DNA of 64,000 bases from Alphaproteobacteria bacterium (GCA_965237415.1 CBDEFM010000002.1:1920001-1984000), one strand, 5' to 3'. Shown: positions 31,833-41,385, counted from the first letter of the stretch. The notes: generated by a model not told the origin, from the letters alone. Numbers and translations: made by a program.

Positions 31833-33430
31833 GGTCGCGAGGCCCTGCTCTTCTCAAACCGCCGGAAGAGCTGCACCGTGATGATGACCAGGACGAAGTA
31901 GCAGATCAGAAGCAGATTCATCATCACGTCGGCATTGCCCTTTTCCGCCACGATCGAGGTGCTGGCGTGAACGAGCTCCGGCAGGGCGAGCGTGCTGGCC
32001 ATGCCGGTGGCTTTCACGATGTTGGCGGAATTGCCCATGATCGCGGCGTAGCAGAGCGAGAACGCCCGGTGCAGATCGCGCGGCGTGAGTCGTAGCCGGT
32101 GTCCGCCCGAGGCGGCGACATCCGCAGCCAGCGAAAACGCGATCGCATTGCTGGACGCCGCGTAGAGCGACAGAACCACGGCGGCGACCAGGAAGGCGTC
32201 GAGCGTGAATCCAAGCGAAAGCAGCACACCGCCCAGGCCGAAGAACACGATGTAGAGTTGAAGCAGCGGGGGAGTCATGCGCAGGAACTCGCTGAACCCC
32301 CGCAGGAAGTGGCTGACTCCCGGCACCCGGCGGTGCATCAGCCAGCCGAAGAGCACCCCCAGAAAGATGCTGCCGACAACCGTGATGACCGAGAGCAACG
32401 CGGTCAGGGCCAAGCCATAAAGGAAAACGTCTCGGTCGATCGGGTCGTACAGGATGCTGATGTCGAGACCCGTTACCTCCATGATTGTCAGCGAGAAGCC
32501 CGACAGGCCGCCGATGCCGCTGCCGGTGACGAGTGCGACCTCCCGGCATTCCAGAGGCCACTGGCCCTGCTCGCCGCGCCGGCACTTCAGTTCGCCGGTC
32601 TCGTCGACCTCCTGCCAGGTCGTGCGTGCATTCCGCAGGAAGGGAGAGGGCGGCAAGCCCCATTTCTGTTCCAGCGATTGCAGGAAGCCGTCGCGATGCC
32701 ACTGCGCCAGGGTATCGCCCATCAGCTGATCGAGCCGGCCGCCGCCTTCCTCCTTGGCAATAGCGACGGCCCAGGGCAGCACGAAGCGCGTCGGCAGCGT
32801 GACGCTGAATCCGTCCCACTCGCCCGTCTCCAGTTCGTGCAGAAGGAGGACCTCGTCGTAGATCCAGCCGACGCAATGTTCGTTGCGCAACGCCTGGCCG
32901 GCCTCGCGGGTGCTGTTGAACGAGGTCACGCCGAGCAGCAGCCGCTGTTTGGCGAGCCGGTTCCACAATGAGCCCTGAAGGCCGCAGACGGTCTGACCGC
33001 GCAGTTCGGCCCAGGTGCCGATCCTGGCGTTGTCCCGCAGCAGCACATTGGCGCCGTCGCCGTAATATTGCGGCTCGATCATGCTGACCAGCTCGCGGCG
33101 GCTGCGGGTATCGCCCATGGTGGCGGCGACAATGTCGATCTCGCCGCGCCCCACCTTTTGCAAGCGGTTGGCGCTGGTCACCGGCACCAGCTGGACCTCG
33201 ACGCCGATCGCGTCTGCAAAGCCGCGTGCAACGTCCACATCGTAGCCGGCCAGCATGCCCTCGGAATCGCGGAAGCCGAAGGGCGAGTAGTCCTCCTTGA
33301 CGCCGACGATCACGTGTCCGCGGTCCTGGATCTCCTGCAGCCGGTCGGCAAGTGCTGGACAGGCTAAGCCGGCCCAGGCGACGAGAACGGCGGCGCACAG
33401 CAGGCGCCAAGGCGGAAATCGCCGTCTCAT
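31829..33430 (-). CDS. Fused amino-acid substrate-binding domain + ABC-type membrane domain
   Basis: Signal peptide, VGVKEDYSPFGF, GYDVD, VTSANRL, then membrane domain GLALTALLS..RMTPPLLQLYIVFFG..KATGMASTLALPEL. Confidence 0.85.
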   Translation of the reverse strand: MRRRFPPWRLLCAAVLVAWAGLACPALADRLQEIQDRGHVIVGVKEDYSPFGFRDSEGMLAGYDVDVARGFADAIGVEVQLVPVTSANRLQKVGRGEIDIVAATMGDTRSRRELVSMIEPQYYGDGANVLLRDNARIGTWAELRGQTVCGLQGSLWNRLAKQRLLLGVTSFNSTREAGQALRNEHCVGWIYDEVLLLHELETGEWDGFSVTLPTRFVLPWAVAIAKEEGGGRLDQLMGDTLAQWHRDGFLQSLEQKWGLPPSPFLRNARTTWQEVDETGELKCRRGEQGQWPLECREVALVTGSGIGGLSGFSLTIMEVTGLDISILYDPIDRDVFLYGLALTALLSVITVVGSIFLGVLFGWLMHRRVPGVSHFLRGFSEFLRMTPPLLQLYIVFFGLGGVLLSLGFTLDAFLVAAVVLSLYAASSNAIAFSLAADVAASGGHRLRLTPRDLHRAFSLCYAAIMGNSANIVKATGMASTLALPELVHASTSIVAEKGNADVMMNLLLICYFVLVIITVQLFRRFEKSRASRP

Positions 33431-33892
33431 GCTTCTAGCCGCCTGCGCAACACGGTGGGCGCGGAGACCGCAAGGTCCATAGCGCGGCCGCCGCCCTCGG
33501 CTGCCTCCCGGTAAGAAGGAGAGGCCGGGTCGCGTTTGCGCATCAATCCGTCCGCGCCGCGGCGGAATCGGCCATGGAGGCCCGGCAAAAAGCCGCGACC
33601 GCAGCGCATCGGGTGTCGATGATCGTCGCGTAAATCATCGTAGCCACTCTACTTGACGCAAGCCGGAAAGAGGGATCAGCGGGAAAGAATGCTGGCCCTA
33701 CCGGCCGTTGCCGCAGTGCCGCCGGCCGCAGCAGCGAAGAACCCTATCCGATATGGCCAAGGGACGAAATAGAGTATCGTGCCGCGCCTAGAGAACCAAT
33801 GTCTGCCGCCGCCCCATACGCGTCCGTGCTGCAGGGGGCCGGCGCACCCGTGTCAAAGCCCGCGGGATGGGCGGCACACCGTCGGGGGAAGA

Positions 33893-34837
33893 ATGACCGG
33901 CTTCAGTCATCGTCTGCACCTCGCTGTGCCGCGACGTTGGGCGCTGCTCCGGTATGCGGGCGCGGTTCTTGCGTTTGTCTTGTTGGCGTCGGGGCTGCCG
34001 CGCCTAGCACCCCCAGCGCAGGCCGCCGCCGACGGCGTGCTTGCCAAGATAGAGGCCGGCGGTGTGATTCGCGCCGGCACCAGGGCGAGCGCACCGCCCT
34101 TCGCCCGGAAGCTGGAGACGGGAGGATTCGAGGGTTTCTCGGTCGACTTGCTGGAGGCGGTCCGGGCCGCTGCGGAGGAGAAGGTCGGCCGACCGGTCAC
34201 GCTGGAAATTCATGAGGTTACGCCGGCGGACCGGCTGGATCGAGTCGCTGCGGGCGAGCTCGACATCGTGTGCGGCATCACCACGCCGACCTGGGATCGG
34301 GAGGCGCTGGTCGATTTCTCCGTGCCGTTCTTTCGCGACGGCACCCGTATCCTGATCTATCGGGAGCAAGCCACAGGCGGCGTGGATCTCGGCAGGCTCG
34401 ACATCGGCGTGGTCGAAGGCACGACCACCGTGACGATCATCGGCGAAGAGCTGCCCACGGCCAATCTGCGTCTCTATCCCACCATGAACGATGCCATGGC
34501 AGCGCTCGCTGCGTCCGAAGTGCACGGTGTCGCCAACATCGGCATTACGCTGCTGGGGCTCGCGGCACGGGCGGAGCCGCGCCGCAGCGTGGTGTTACTC
34601 CCGCGCACCTACGCGCTCGCCATTGAAACGCTGGCCTGCGTCCTGCCGCAGGACGACAGCCCCTGGCGCGATACCGTCAATCGGGTCATCGTCGACATGT
34701 TTACCGGAGTGGAAGACTCCAACAGCCGTTACGACGAGATCTACGATCGGTGGTTCGGGCGCCACAGCGAGATCTTCTATCCGCTCGACCGCGACAACCG
34801 GACCTATCTGAGCACCGTATCGATCTGGGCGCGGTGA
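33893..34837 (+). CDS. Amino acid ABC substrate-binding protein (GltI-like family 3)
   Basis: Signal peptide, AGTRASAPPF, GFSVDL, GELDIVCGITT.TWDRE..VDFS.PFF, EGTTT, IYDRWF. Confidence 0.88.
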   Translation: MTGFSHRLHLAVPRRWALLRYAGAVLAFVLLASGLPRLAPPAQAAADGVLAKIEAGGVIRAGTRASAPPFARKLETGGFEGFSVDLLEAVRAAAEEKVGRPVTLEIHEVTPADRLDRVAAGELDIVCGITTPTWDREALVDFSVPFFRDGTRILIYREQATGGVDLGRLDIGVVEGTTTVTIIGEELPTANLRLYPTMNDAMAALAASEVHGVANIGITLLGLAARAEPRRSVVLLPRTYALAIETLACVLPQDDSPWRDTVNRVIVDMFTGVEDSNSRYDEIYDRWFGRHSEIFYPLDRDNRTYLSTVSIWAR

Positions 34838-34907
34838 CGCACCGGCGCGCCGGTGACGCACGGGCAGTGAGCGCAAAGCCCATACCAGAGAACGCTCAGC
34901 AAGAGCG

Positions 34908-34924
34908 ATGATATAGTGTAACCT
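34908..34924. promoter_or_regulatory. Putative Zur box
   Basis: ATGATATA-G-TGTAACCT resembles the palindrome ATGTTATA-N-TATAACAT; 44 nt upstream of zur-znuCB. Confidence 0.6.
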
Positions 34925-34968
34925 GTTGCGGTTGCCGCACCGCAGCACGCGGCGAAATTGAGGAACGA

Positions 34969-35475
34969 ATGAACGGCCAGCACGTCGACCGGCCCGCCTT
35001 CCATGACGGCGGGCACGAACACCAGGGCTGTATCGCCGACGCGCTCACTCGTGCCGAGGCCGTGTGCCGCCAGCGCGGCGCCCGGCTCACGCCGTTGCGG
35101 CGCAAGGTGCTGGAGCTGGTCTGGGGGAGCCATCGGGCGACCAAGGCCTACGACCTGCTCGCCGCGCTCGGCGATGAAGACGGCGCGGCGAAGCCGCCGA
35201 CGGTCTACCGCACCCTGGAGTTTCTCATGGACCAGGGCCTGGTCCACCGCATCGACAGCCTCAACGCCTTCGTCGGCTGCCCGACGCCCGACCGTCGCCA
35301 CACTGCACAGTTTCTCATTTGCGGCGGTTGCGGCGAGGTGTCGGAGATGGCTGCGTCGAGCATCGACCGCGCGGTCGCGGACCAAGCAGCCGGCTCCGGC
35401 TTCGCGCTCTCGCGTCAGATCATCGAGCTGCACGGCAAATGTCCGCACTGCGCGGCGCTGCCGCAGAGCCCCTGA
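34969..35475 (+). CDS. zur: Zinc uptake regulator (Fur family)
   Basis: RLTPLRRKVLEL, KAYDLL, PPTVYRTLEFL..GLVHRIDSLNAFVGC, CxxC...CxxC; precedes znuCB. Confidence 0.9.
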   Translation: MNGQHVDRPAFHDGGHEHQGCIADALTRAEAVCRQRGARLTPLRRKVLELVWGSHRATKAYDLLAALGDEDGAAKPPTVYRTLEFLMDQGLVHRIDSLNAFVGCPTPDRRHTAQFLICGGCGEVSEMAASSIDRAVADQAAGSGFALSRQIIELHGKCPHCAALPQSP

Positions 35476-36278
35476 GTCGCCGGCCGGCCGCCGCCGGGCC
35501 GCCGCTCGCCTCGGGCCGCGACCTGGTGGTGCGCTATCGCGGCCGCACGGTGCTGGACCGGGTCTCGATCGAGGTCCACCGCCGGGAGGTGGTGAGCCTG
35601 ATCGGGCCCAACGGGGCCGGCAAGACCACCGCCGTGCGCGCGCTGCTCGGCCTGATCAAGCCGGATGCGGGAGTCGTCCATCGCGAGCCCGGCGTCGTGG
35701 TCGGCTATGTTCCTCAGCGCATTGAGCCGGAGTCGCTCCTGCCGCTCACCGTGCGCCGGTTCCTGGCGATGGCAGGGCGGCGGACCCGTGCCGACGTTGC
35801 CGCGGCACTGGAGGAGGTGGGAGCGGCGGCGTTGATCGACCGCCAGCTGAGCAGCCTTTCCGGCGGTGAGTACAGGCGCGTCCTGCTCGCCCGGGCCCTG
35901 CTGCGCAATCCTGACCTGCTGGTGCTCGACGAACCTGTCCAGCAGGTGGACTTCGCTGGCCAGATGGCCATGCACCAATTGATCGCCCACCTGCGCAATC
36001 GGCGCGGATGCGGTGTGCTGGTCATCTCCCACGACCTTCACCTTGTATTGGGCGCGACCGACCGCGTGGTGTGCATCAATGGGCATGTCTGCTGTGCCGG
36101 CGAGCCGGAGGCGGTGAGCCGCCATCCCGAATACATCTCGCTGTTCGGCCCCCATGCGGCCACCGCGCTCGCGGTCTACACCCACGACCACGACCACAGC
36201 CACGGCCTGCCCGCCGCTGTGACGCCGGTCGACGCAGACTCGCCCGACGCGGGATCGCCGCCCGCCGGGTCTGGCTGA
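35439..36278 (+). CDS. znuC: Zinc ABC transporter ATPase (start uncertain)
   Basis: GPNGAGKT, GYVPQ, LSGGE, LVLDEP, SHDLHLV, HVCC, His-rich tail. Confidence 0.9.
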   Translation: MSALRGAAAEPLSRRPAAAGPPLASGRDLVVRYRGRTVLDRVSIEVHRREVVSLIGPNGAGKTTAVRALLGLIKPDAGVVHREPGVVVGYVPQRIEPESLLPLTVRRFLAMAGRRTRADVAAALEEVGAAALIDRQLSSLSGGEYRRVLLARALLRNPDLLVLDEPVQQVDFAGQMAMHQLIAHLRNRRGCGVLVISHDLHLVLGATDRVVCINGHVCCAGEPEAVSRHPEYISLFGPHAATALAVYTHDHDHSHGLPAAVTPVDADSPDAGSPPAGSG

Positions 36279-36285
36279 CCGCACC

Positions 36286-37119
36286 GTGTTCGACGATTTC
36301 TTCGCGCGCGCGCTCGCGGGCGGCATCGGCATCGCGCTCGCCACCGGGCCGCTCGGCTGCTTCATGGTGTGGCGGCGCATGGCCTATTTCGGCGATTCGG
36401 TTGCGCACAGCGCGTTGCTCGGCGTCGTGCTCGGCGTTGGGCTCGGCATCGACCTCAACGTCGGCATCGTCCTCATGTGCATCGGGCTCGCCCTGCTGCT
36501 GCTCCTGCTCCAGCAGCAGCGGCGACTGGCTACCGACACGCTTCTCGGCATCCTCGCGCACGGCGGCCTGGCGCTTGGTCTTGTGGGAATCAGCTTCCTC
36601 GAAAGCGTGCGCGTAGACCTGATGAGCTACCTGTTCGGCGATATCCTGGCCGTTACCGGCAGCGACCTGATATGGATTTATGGCGGCGGCGGCGCGGTAC
36701 TGGTCGCGACGGTGCTCATCTGGCGGCCGCTGCTGGCCGTCACCGTGCACGAGGAGCTCGCGCGTGCCGAAGGCGTGCGCGTCGGTCTCGTCCGTATCGC
36801 CTTCACCCTCCTGATCGCGCTGGCGGTCGCCATCGCCATGAAGATAATCGGGCTGATCCTGATCGTGGCGCTCCTGATCATCCCGGCGGCGACGGCGCGC
36901 AGGTTCGCGCGCTCGCCCGAGCAGATGGCGGTGCTTGCGAGCGTCGTCGGCGTGGTCGCCGTGGCCGGCGGGTTGCACGGCTCCCTGGCCTGGGACACGC
37001 CATCGGGCCCCTCGATCGTGGTCGCGGCGCTTGCTCTGTTCACGCTCGGCCACGGCGGCGCCGCGCTGGCCTCGGCCTGCGTAGGCCGGGTCGTTGATTC
37101 GACACCGGGCAACAATTAG
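36286..37119 (+). CDS. znuB: Zinc ABC transporter permease
   Basis: GPLGCFMVWRRMAYFGDS.AHSALLG, DLMSYLFGDILAV, DTPSGPSIV. Confidence 0.92.
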   Translation: MFDDFFARALAGGIGIALATGPLGCFMVWRRMAYFGDSVAHSALLGVVLGVGLGIDLNVGIVLMCIGLALLLLLLQQQRRLATDTLLGILAHGGLALGLVGISFLESVRVDLMSYLFGDILAVTGSDLIWIYGGGGAVLVATVLIWRPLLAVTVHEELARAEGVRVGLVRIAFTLLIALAVAIAMKIIGLILIVALLIIPAATARRFARSPEQMAVLASVVGVVAVAGGLHGSLAWDTPSGPSIVVAALALFTLGHGGAALASACVGRVVDSTPGNN

Positions 37120-37265
37120 AGCGTGTCCGACATTGTCGGACACGCGACAGGCCGCGACCGCGGCCCGCCGCTCCTGCGGCGCCCTCGCGGAGGCGCCGGC
37201 CGCAGGCCGGCTGCCGTGAGCGACAAATGCCTAGAGCGTTTCCGTGTGAAACGGAAATGCTCTAG
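37117..37265 (+). repeat. Dispersed structured repeat family A, copy 2 (complete, TAGAGC...GCTCTA ends)
   Basis: Matches 11676-11786; terminal inverted repeat TAGAGC/GCTCTA; right palindrome ctagagcgtttccgt-gtga-aacggaaatgctctag; begins with the znuB stop. Confidence 0.85.
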
Positions 37266-37294
37266 CTTCGCGCTCTCGCGCAAGGAGAACGCAG

Positions 37295-37675
37295 ATGGCG
37301 GCGAGCGGCGACCTGGCCCAACAGGTGATCGAGCGGCTGCGTTTCGACGACGCCGGCCTCATTCCCGCGATCGCGCAGTCGCACGAGACCCGCGAGGTGC
37401 TGATGCTCGCGTGGATGAACGCGGACTCGGTGCGCGAGACACTCGCGACCGGCCGGGTCTGCTACTGGTCCCGCTCGCGCCAGCAGCTCTGGCGCAAGGG
37501 CGAAACCTCGGGTCACACGCAGCGGCTGGTCGAGATGCGCTTCGACTGCGACAGCGACGCCCTGCTGCTCCTGGTCGACCAGACCGGCCCCGCCTGCCAC
37601 ACCAACCGCCCGGCCTGCTTCTTCCACGCCGTGCAAGACGGCGAGATTCGCGTGATCGCCGAGCCGGTCCGCTAG
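37295..37675 (+). CDS. hisI: Phosphoribosyl-AMP cyclohydrolase
   Basis: GLIPAIAQ, YWSRSRQQLWRKGETSG, DCDSD, GPACHT..CF. Confidence 0.95.
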   Translation: MAASGDLAQQVIERLRFDDAGLIPAIAQSHETREVLMLAWMNADSVRETLATGRVCYWSRSRQQLWRKGETSGHTQRLVEMRFDCDSDALLLLVDQTGPACHTNRPACFFHAVQDGEIRVIAEPVR

Positions 37676-37704
37676 CCGGCATTTCGCCTTGGCACTGCTG
37701 AGAT

Positions 37705-38520
37705 CTACCGAAGCGATGGACCGCGCCGTTCGAGAAATTCCCTGAGAGCACGGGCACACGCCGGGCCATGCGAATAGGCGACGCCGTGGCGTGCGCCGGC
37801 GACGACGTGCATCTCGCAATCCGGCATGGCGCGCAGCCGTTCGACCTGCGTCTCAAGCGAGACGAAGGGGCTGTCGTCAGGCGCGATGAGGAGGGTGGGC
37901 ACGCGGATGTCGCCGAGCGCCTCCGTGAGGTCCACCTGCACCAGCATGTCCACGAGGTCGACACAGGCGTGAGGCGCCGAGGCCCGTTGCGTGTCGTGGA
38001 ACCAGCGCTCCATCGCCGGGCTCAGGCGGCCTGCTGGAAACCGCAGCGGCATGAGCTTTGCCGACCAGTCGTCCATGCCCAGCTCTCGCACGTCGTCCCT
38101 GAGCGCCCGCGATCTGCCGATCGTGCCGCCCCGGTGCGCCGCGGTGACCATGGTGAGCGTCAGCAGGCACTCCGGACGGTGCGCCGCAAGTTGGAGGCCG
38201 ACCGTGCCACCCGTCGATTCTCCGACGAAATGAACCCGCTTCGTGCCGAGCGCGGCGAGCACGTCTCGAACGTCGTCGGCCAGCGCGTCGATGGACCAGG
38301 CTTCGCCCTCTGCGGGAACGAATGAGCGGCCGAAGCCGCGCAGATCCATGCGGACAATCCGGTAGCGGTCCGCCAGTACCGGTAACCAGGTGACCCATAT
38401 GTCGGAATCGATGGCGAGCCCGTGGAGAAAGAGGATGGTCTCGCGCGGCTCCATCCAAGGGGGCACGACGTCGCAAAGTTCGTAGTGGATATTCCCCTCG
38501 GGACGTTCCAGCATCGCCAT
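37705..38520 (-). CDS. Alpha/beta-fold hydrolase
   Basis: LFLHG, DLRGFGRS, nucleophile elbow GESTGG, VPTLLI, ARH. Confidence 0.88.
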   Translation of the reverse strand: MAMLERPEGNIHYELCDVVPPWMEPRETILFLHGLAIDSDIWVTWLPVLADRYRIVRMDLRGFGRSFVPAEGEAWSIDALADDVRDVLAALGTKRVHFVGESTGGTVGLQLAAHRPECLLTLTMVTAAHRGGTIGRSRALRDDVRELGMDDWSAKLMPLRFPAGRLSPAMERWFHDTQRASAPHACVDLVDMLVQVDLTEALGDIRVPTLLIAPDDSPFVSLETQVERLRAMPDCEMHVVAGARHGVAYSHGPACARALREFLERRGPSLR

Positions 38521-38706
38521 GGCATCGCCTCCGGCGTCGGCCGATTTCCGGGTCAATCGCCGCCCTGCGGTGGGCCGCGCCCGTGCGATGCAGTGTCTGG
38601 CTTTGGCAATTTTCTGACAAGCCCGCGCAGCGGCCGATACGCAACCAATGCCGGCGTTGATCGGCGCCGGCTGCCGCCGCATCATCGGGCAGTGGAGGAT
38701 ATCAAG

Positions 38707-40128
38707 ATGGTTGGCAGCGACGAGCTTTGCATGATGACGGCGGGCGAGGCGCTTGCAGCCTTTCGCGCCCGCCGGCTCTCGTCGGTCGAGCTCATGCAGG
38801 CGGTGATTGCCCGCGTTGAGCAGGTCAACCCCGCGCTCAACGCCTTTACCTATACCTTCTTCGAACGCGCGCTCGAGCAGGCGCGCCGCGCCGAGGCCAA
38901 GTACCTCAAGAGCGATGGCCGGCCCCGGCCGCTCGAGGGCATCCCCGTCGCGATCAAGGACCTGCACCCGGTCAAGGGCGAGATCACCACGTTCGGCTCC
39001 AAGGCCTTCGCCGATAACCGACCGGACCACACCGCGCCCACGGTGGAACGCTTGCTGCGGGCGGGCGCCATCCTGCACGCGCGCACGACCACGCCCGAAT
39101 CGCCCTCCGGCACGACCTACAGCGCGCTCTGGGGCGTGACCAGAAACCCGTGGAACACGGCCTACAGCCCCGGCGGCTCATCGGGCGGGGCGGGGGCAGC
39201 ATTGGCGAGCGGCATGACCATGCTCGCCGACGGCACCGACGCCGGCGGCTCGATCCGGATCCCTGCTTCGGCATGCGGGTTGATCGGCTACAAGCCGCCA
39301 TTCGGACGCAACCCGCTCGATCTCGAATTCCCGCGCGAGACGATCCTTCAATTCGGCCCGCTCACCCGTGCCGTCGGCGATGCCGCGCTCATGCAGAATG
39401 TGATGTCGGGCCCGCATGCGGAGGATCCCTGCTCGCTCCGGACCCGTGTTCGCATCCCCGAAAACTTGGCCGGGATCGAGGGGTGGCGTGTCGCCGTCTC
39501 GCTCGATCTCGGCTACAAGACGATCGATCCGGAGGTCGAGCGAAACACGCGCGCTGCCGCAGACGTCTTTCGCGATATGGGATGCGACGTGGAGGACGTT
39601 GCGCTCGGTTGGAACTCCGGCGTGCTGGATGCCTTCCTGACCCATTCGGAAGCGCTCTATGCTGGCATGTTCGGGCATCTGCTGCCGCGCTGGCGCTTCG
39701 AGATGGACCCGTTCCTGGTCGACGTGATCCAGCGTGGTATGCGCCTCGACGCCGCACGGGCCTATCGCGTCAACCTCGTGCGCGGCGAGATGTACCGGCA
39801 GCTCTCGCCGATCCTCGACCGCTACCACGTGTTGATCTGCCCGACCCTCGCCGTGCCGTCGGTGCCGATCGAGCACAACAATATGGACTACGATCTGCGC
39901 ATCGGCGGGACGCCGGTGCAGCCGCATCTCGGCTGGCTCCTGACCTACCCGTTCAACCTGGTGGGCGAGTGTCCGGTCATGAGCGTGCCGAGCGGCTTTT
40001 GCAAAAAGACCGGCGTGCCGACGGGAATCCAGATCGTCGGCCGGAGCTTCGATGACCTTCGCGTGTTCCGTGCGGCCGCGGCGTATGAGAAAGCGAGCCC
40101 GTGGAGCGGCCGCTGGCCGGCCCTTTGA
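38707..40128 (+). CDS. Amidase signature family protein
   Basis: GIPVAIKD, TRNPWN..SPGGSSGG, GTDAGGSIRIPAS, P.GIQIVG. Confidence 0.92.
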   Translation: MVGSDELCMMTAGEALAAFRARRLSSVELMQAVIARVEQVNPALNAFTYTFFERALEQARRAEAKYLKSDGRPRPLEGIPVAIKDLHPVKGEITTFGSKAFADNRPDHTAPTVERLLRAGAILHARTTTPESPSGTTYSALWGVTRNPWNTAYSPGGSSGGAGAALASGMTMLADGTDAGGSIRIPASACGLIGYKPPFGRNPLDLEFPRETILQFGPLTRAVGDAALMQNVMSGPHAEDPCSLRTRVRIPENLAGIEGWRVAVSLDLGYKTIDPEVERNTRAAADVFRDMGCDVEDVALGWNSGVLDAFLTHSEALYAGMFGHLLPRWRFEMDPFLVDVIQRGMRLDAARAYRVNLVRGEMYRQLSPILDRYHVLICPTLAVPSVPIEHNNMDYDLRIGGTPVQPHLGWLLTYPFNLVGECPVMSVPSGFCKKTGVPTGIQIVGRSFDDLRVFRAAAAYEKASPWSGRWPAL

Positions 40129-40144
40129 CGGAACGCCGATCCGG

Positions 40145-40816
40145 CTAGCCGATCTCGATACCGCCGGGATAACAGAAAGACGCGCGCGGCGCGTGGAAGC
40201 CGAACACCAGCTCCAGCGGCTCCCTGGGGCGGAAGGGGTGGATCGGATGTCCCGGGTCCAGGAACGAGATCGATCGCATTTCGAAAGCCTTGGCCCGCTC
40301 CATGATGACCGCATGGCGGTTGCGCATCACCCGCCCGTCGAGGGCCGACAGGACCATCAACTGACCGCCCGTGATCTCGCCGATCTCGCCGCTCGTGCGA
40401 GCACGGGAGCGGATCAACGGCCGCCCGTCGACCGTGGCGGTCGCGACCAGGGTATCGCCCTCGAACTCCAGCGTCGTCACGCCATCCGTCGCCGGGATGC
40501 CGCGCTCGATGGCGTAGTCGCGTACCCGGGGCGACGAGATGAAGTAGTGGCTGAACCAGCGCCCCGGCGTATCGTCGTCGGCGTCATGGCCGACGACGTC
40601 GAAACAGATATAGCTGAGCGAGTACGCGCCGAAGCCGGAGGTCTGCTCGTCCCGGTCCACCACATAGTGCACGAGGACGACAGCGCGGCTCTCCACGGGC
40701 GTGAGCCCGAGACCTGCGGGCAGCGCCTCGTCGATCGCCCCAGGCCCCGCCGGCACGTAGCTCAGGAACATCATTCGGCAGTTGACGACCAGCTGCGGCG
40801 GCAGAAGTTCAGGCAT
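40145..40816 (-). CDS. Acetoacetate decarboxylase-like fold protein
   Basis: 223 aa, ALPAGL..., GAYS...GRW, GIPA; general ADC-superfamily pattern only. Confidence 0.5.
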   Translation of the reverse strand: MPELLPPQLVVNCRMMFLSYVPAGPGAIDEALPAGLGLTPVESRAVVLVHYVVDRDEQTSGFGAYSLSYICFDVVGHDADDDTPGRWFSHYFISSPRVRDYAIERGIPATDGVTTLEFEGDTLVATATVDGRPLIRSRARTSGEIGEITGGQLMVLSALDGRVMRNRHAVIMERAKAFEMRSISFLDPGHPIHPFRPREPLELVFGFHAPRASFCYPGGIEIG

Positions 40817-40860
40817 GGCGCACCTCTCGCTGCAATTCGGACCGCACGAGTTTACCGTGT

Positions 40861-41385
40861 CACGAGCTCTCGGGCGGTGTGTGCCAGCGCGTCGTCATCG
40901 CCATGGCGCTGAGCCATTCGCCCAAGCTGCTGCTCGTGGACGAGCCGACGGCAGGGCTCGACGTGACGATCGCACGGCAGATCCTGGACCTGATGGCCGA
41001 GCTGGTGCACGAATTCGGCTCGTCGCTGATGCTCGTCTCGCGCGACATGGGCGTGGTGGCGCACTATTGTCAGCGGGTGGCGGTGATGTACGCCGGTCAG
41101 ATCGTCGAGGTCGGCGAGACCGATGTGTTCTTTGGCGCCGCCGCCCATCCCTACAGCCGCCACCTGCTGCGTGCCGCACGCGCAGCTCGGGACGACCGGC
41201 GCGGCGTCTCTGCGTCGGTGGAGGCGCGGGCCGCTGCGGCCCAAGGTTGCGCCTACATGCCGCGATGCCCTGTGGCGCTTGCAACGTGCGAGCAGTCTTC
41301 ACCCGCGCTGGAGCCGGTCAACGACGGTCATACCGCTCGCTGTTTCCGCCGCGGCGAGGTCGCGCGGGGCGAGGTGCAAGCCTGA
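40861..41385 (+). pseudogene. 5'-truncated oligopeptide ABC ATPase (OppD/DppD fragment)
   Basis: Begins at HELSGGVCQRVVIAMAL..DEPTAGLDVT; Walker A half missing; H-loop reads SRD. Confidence 0.8.
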
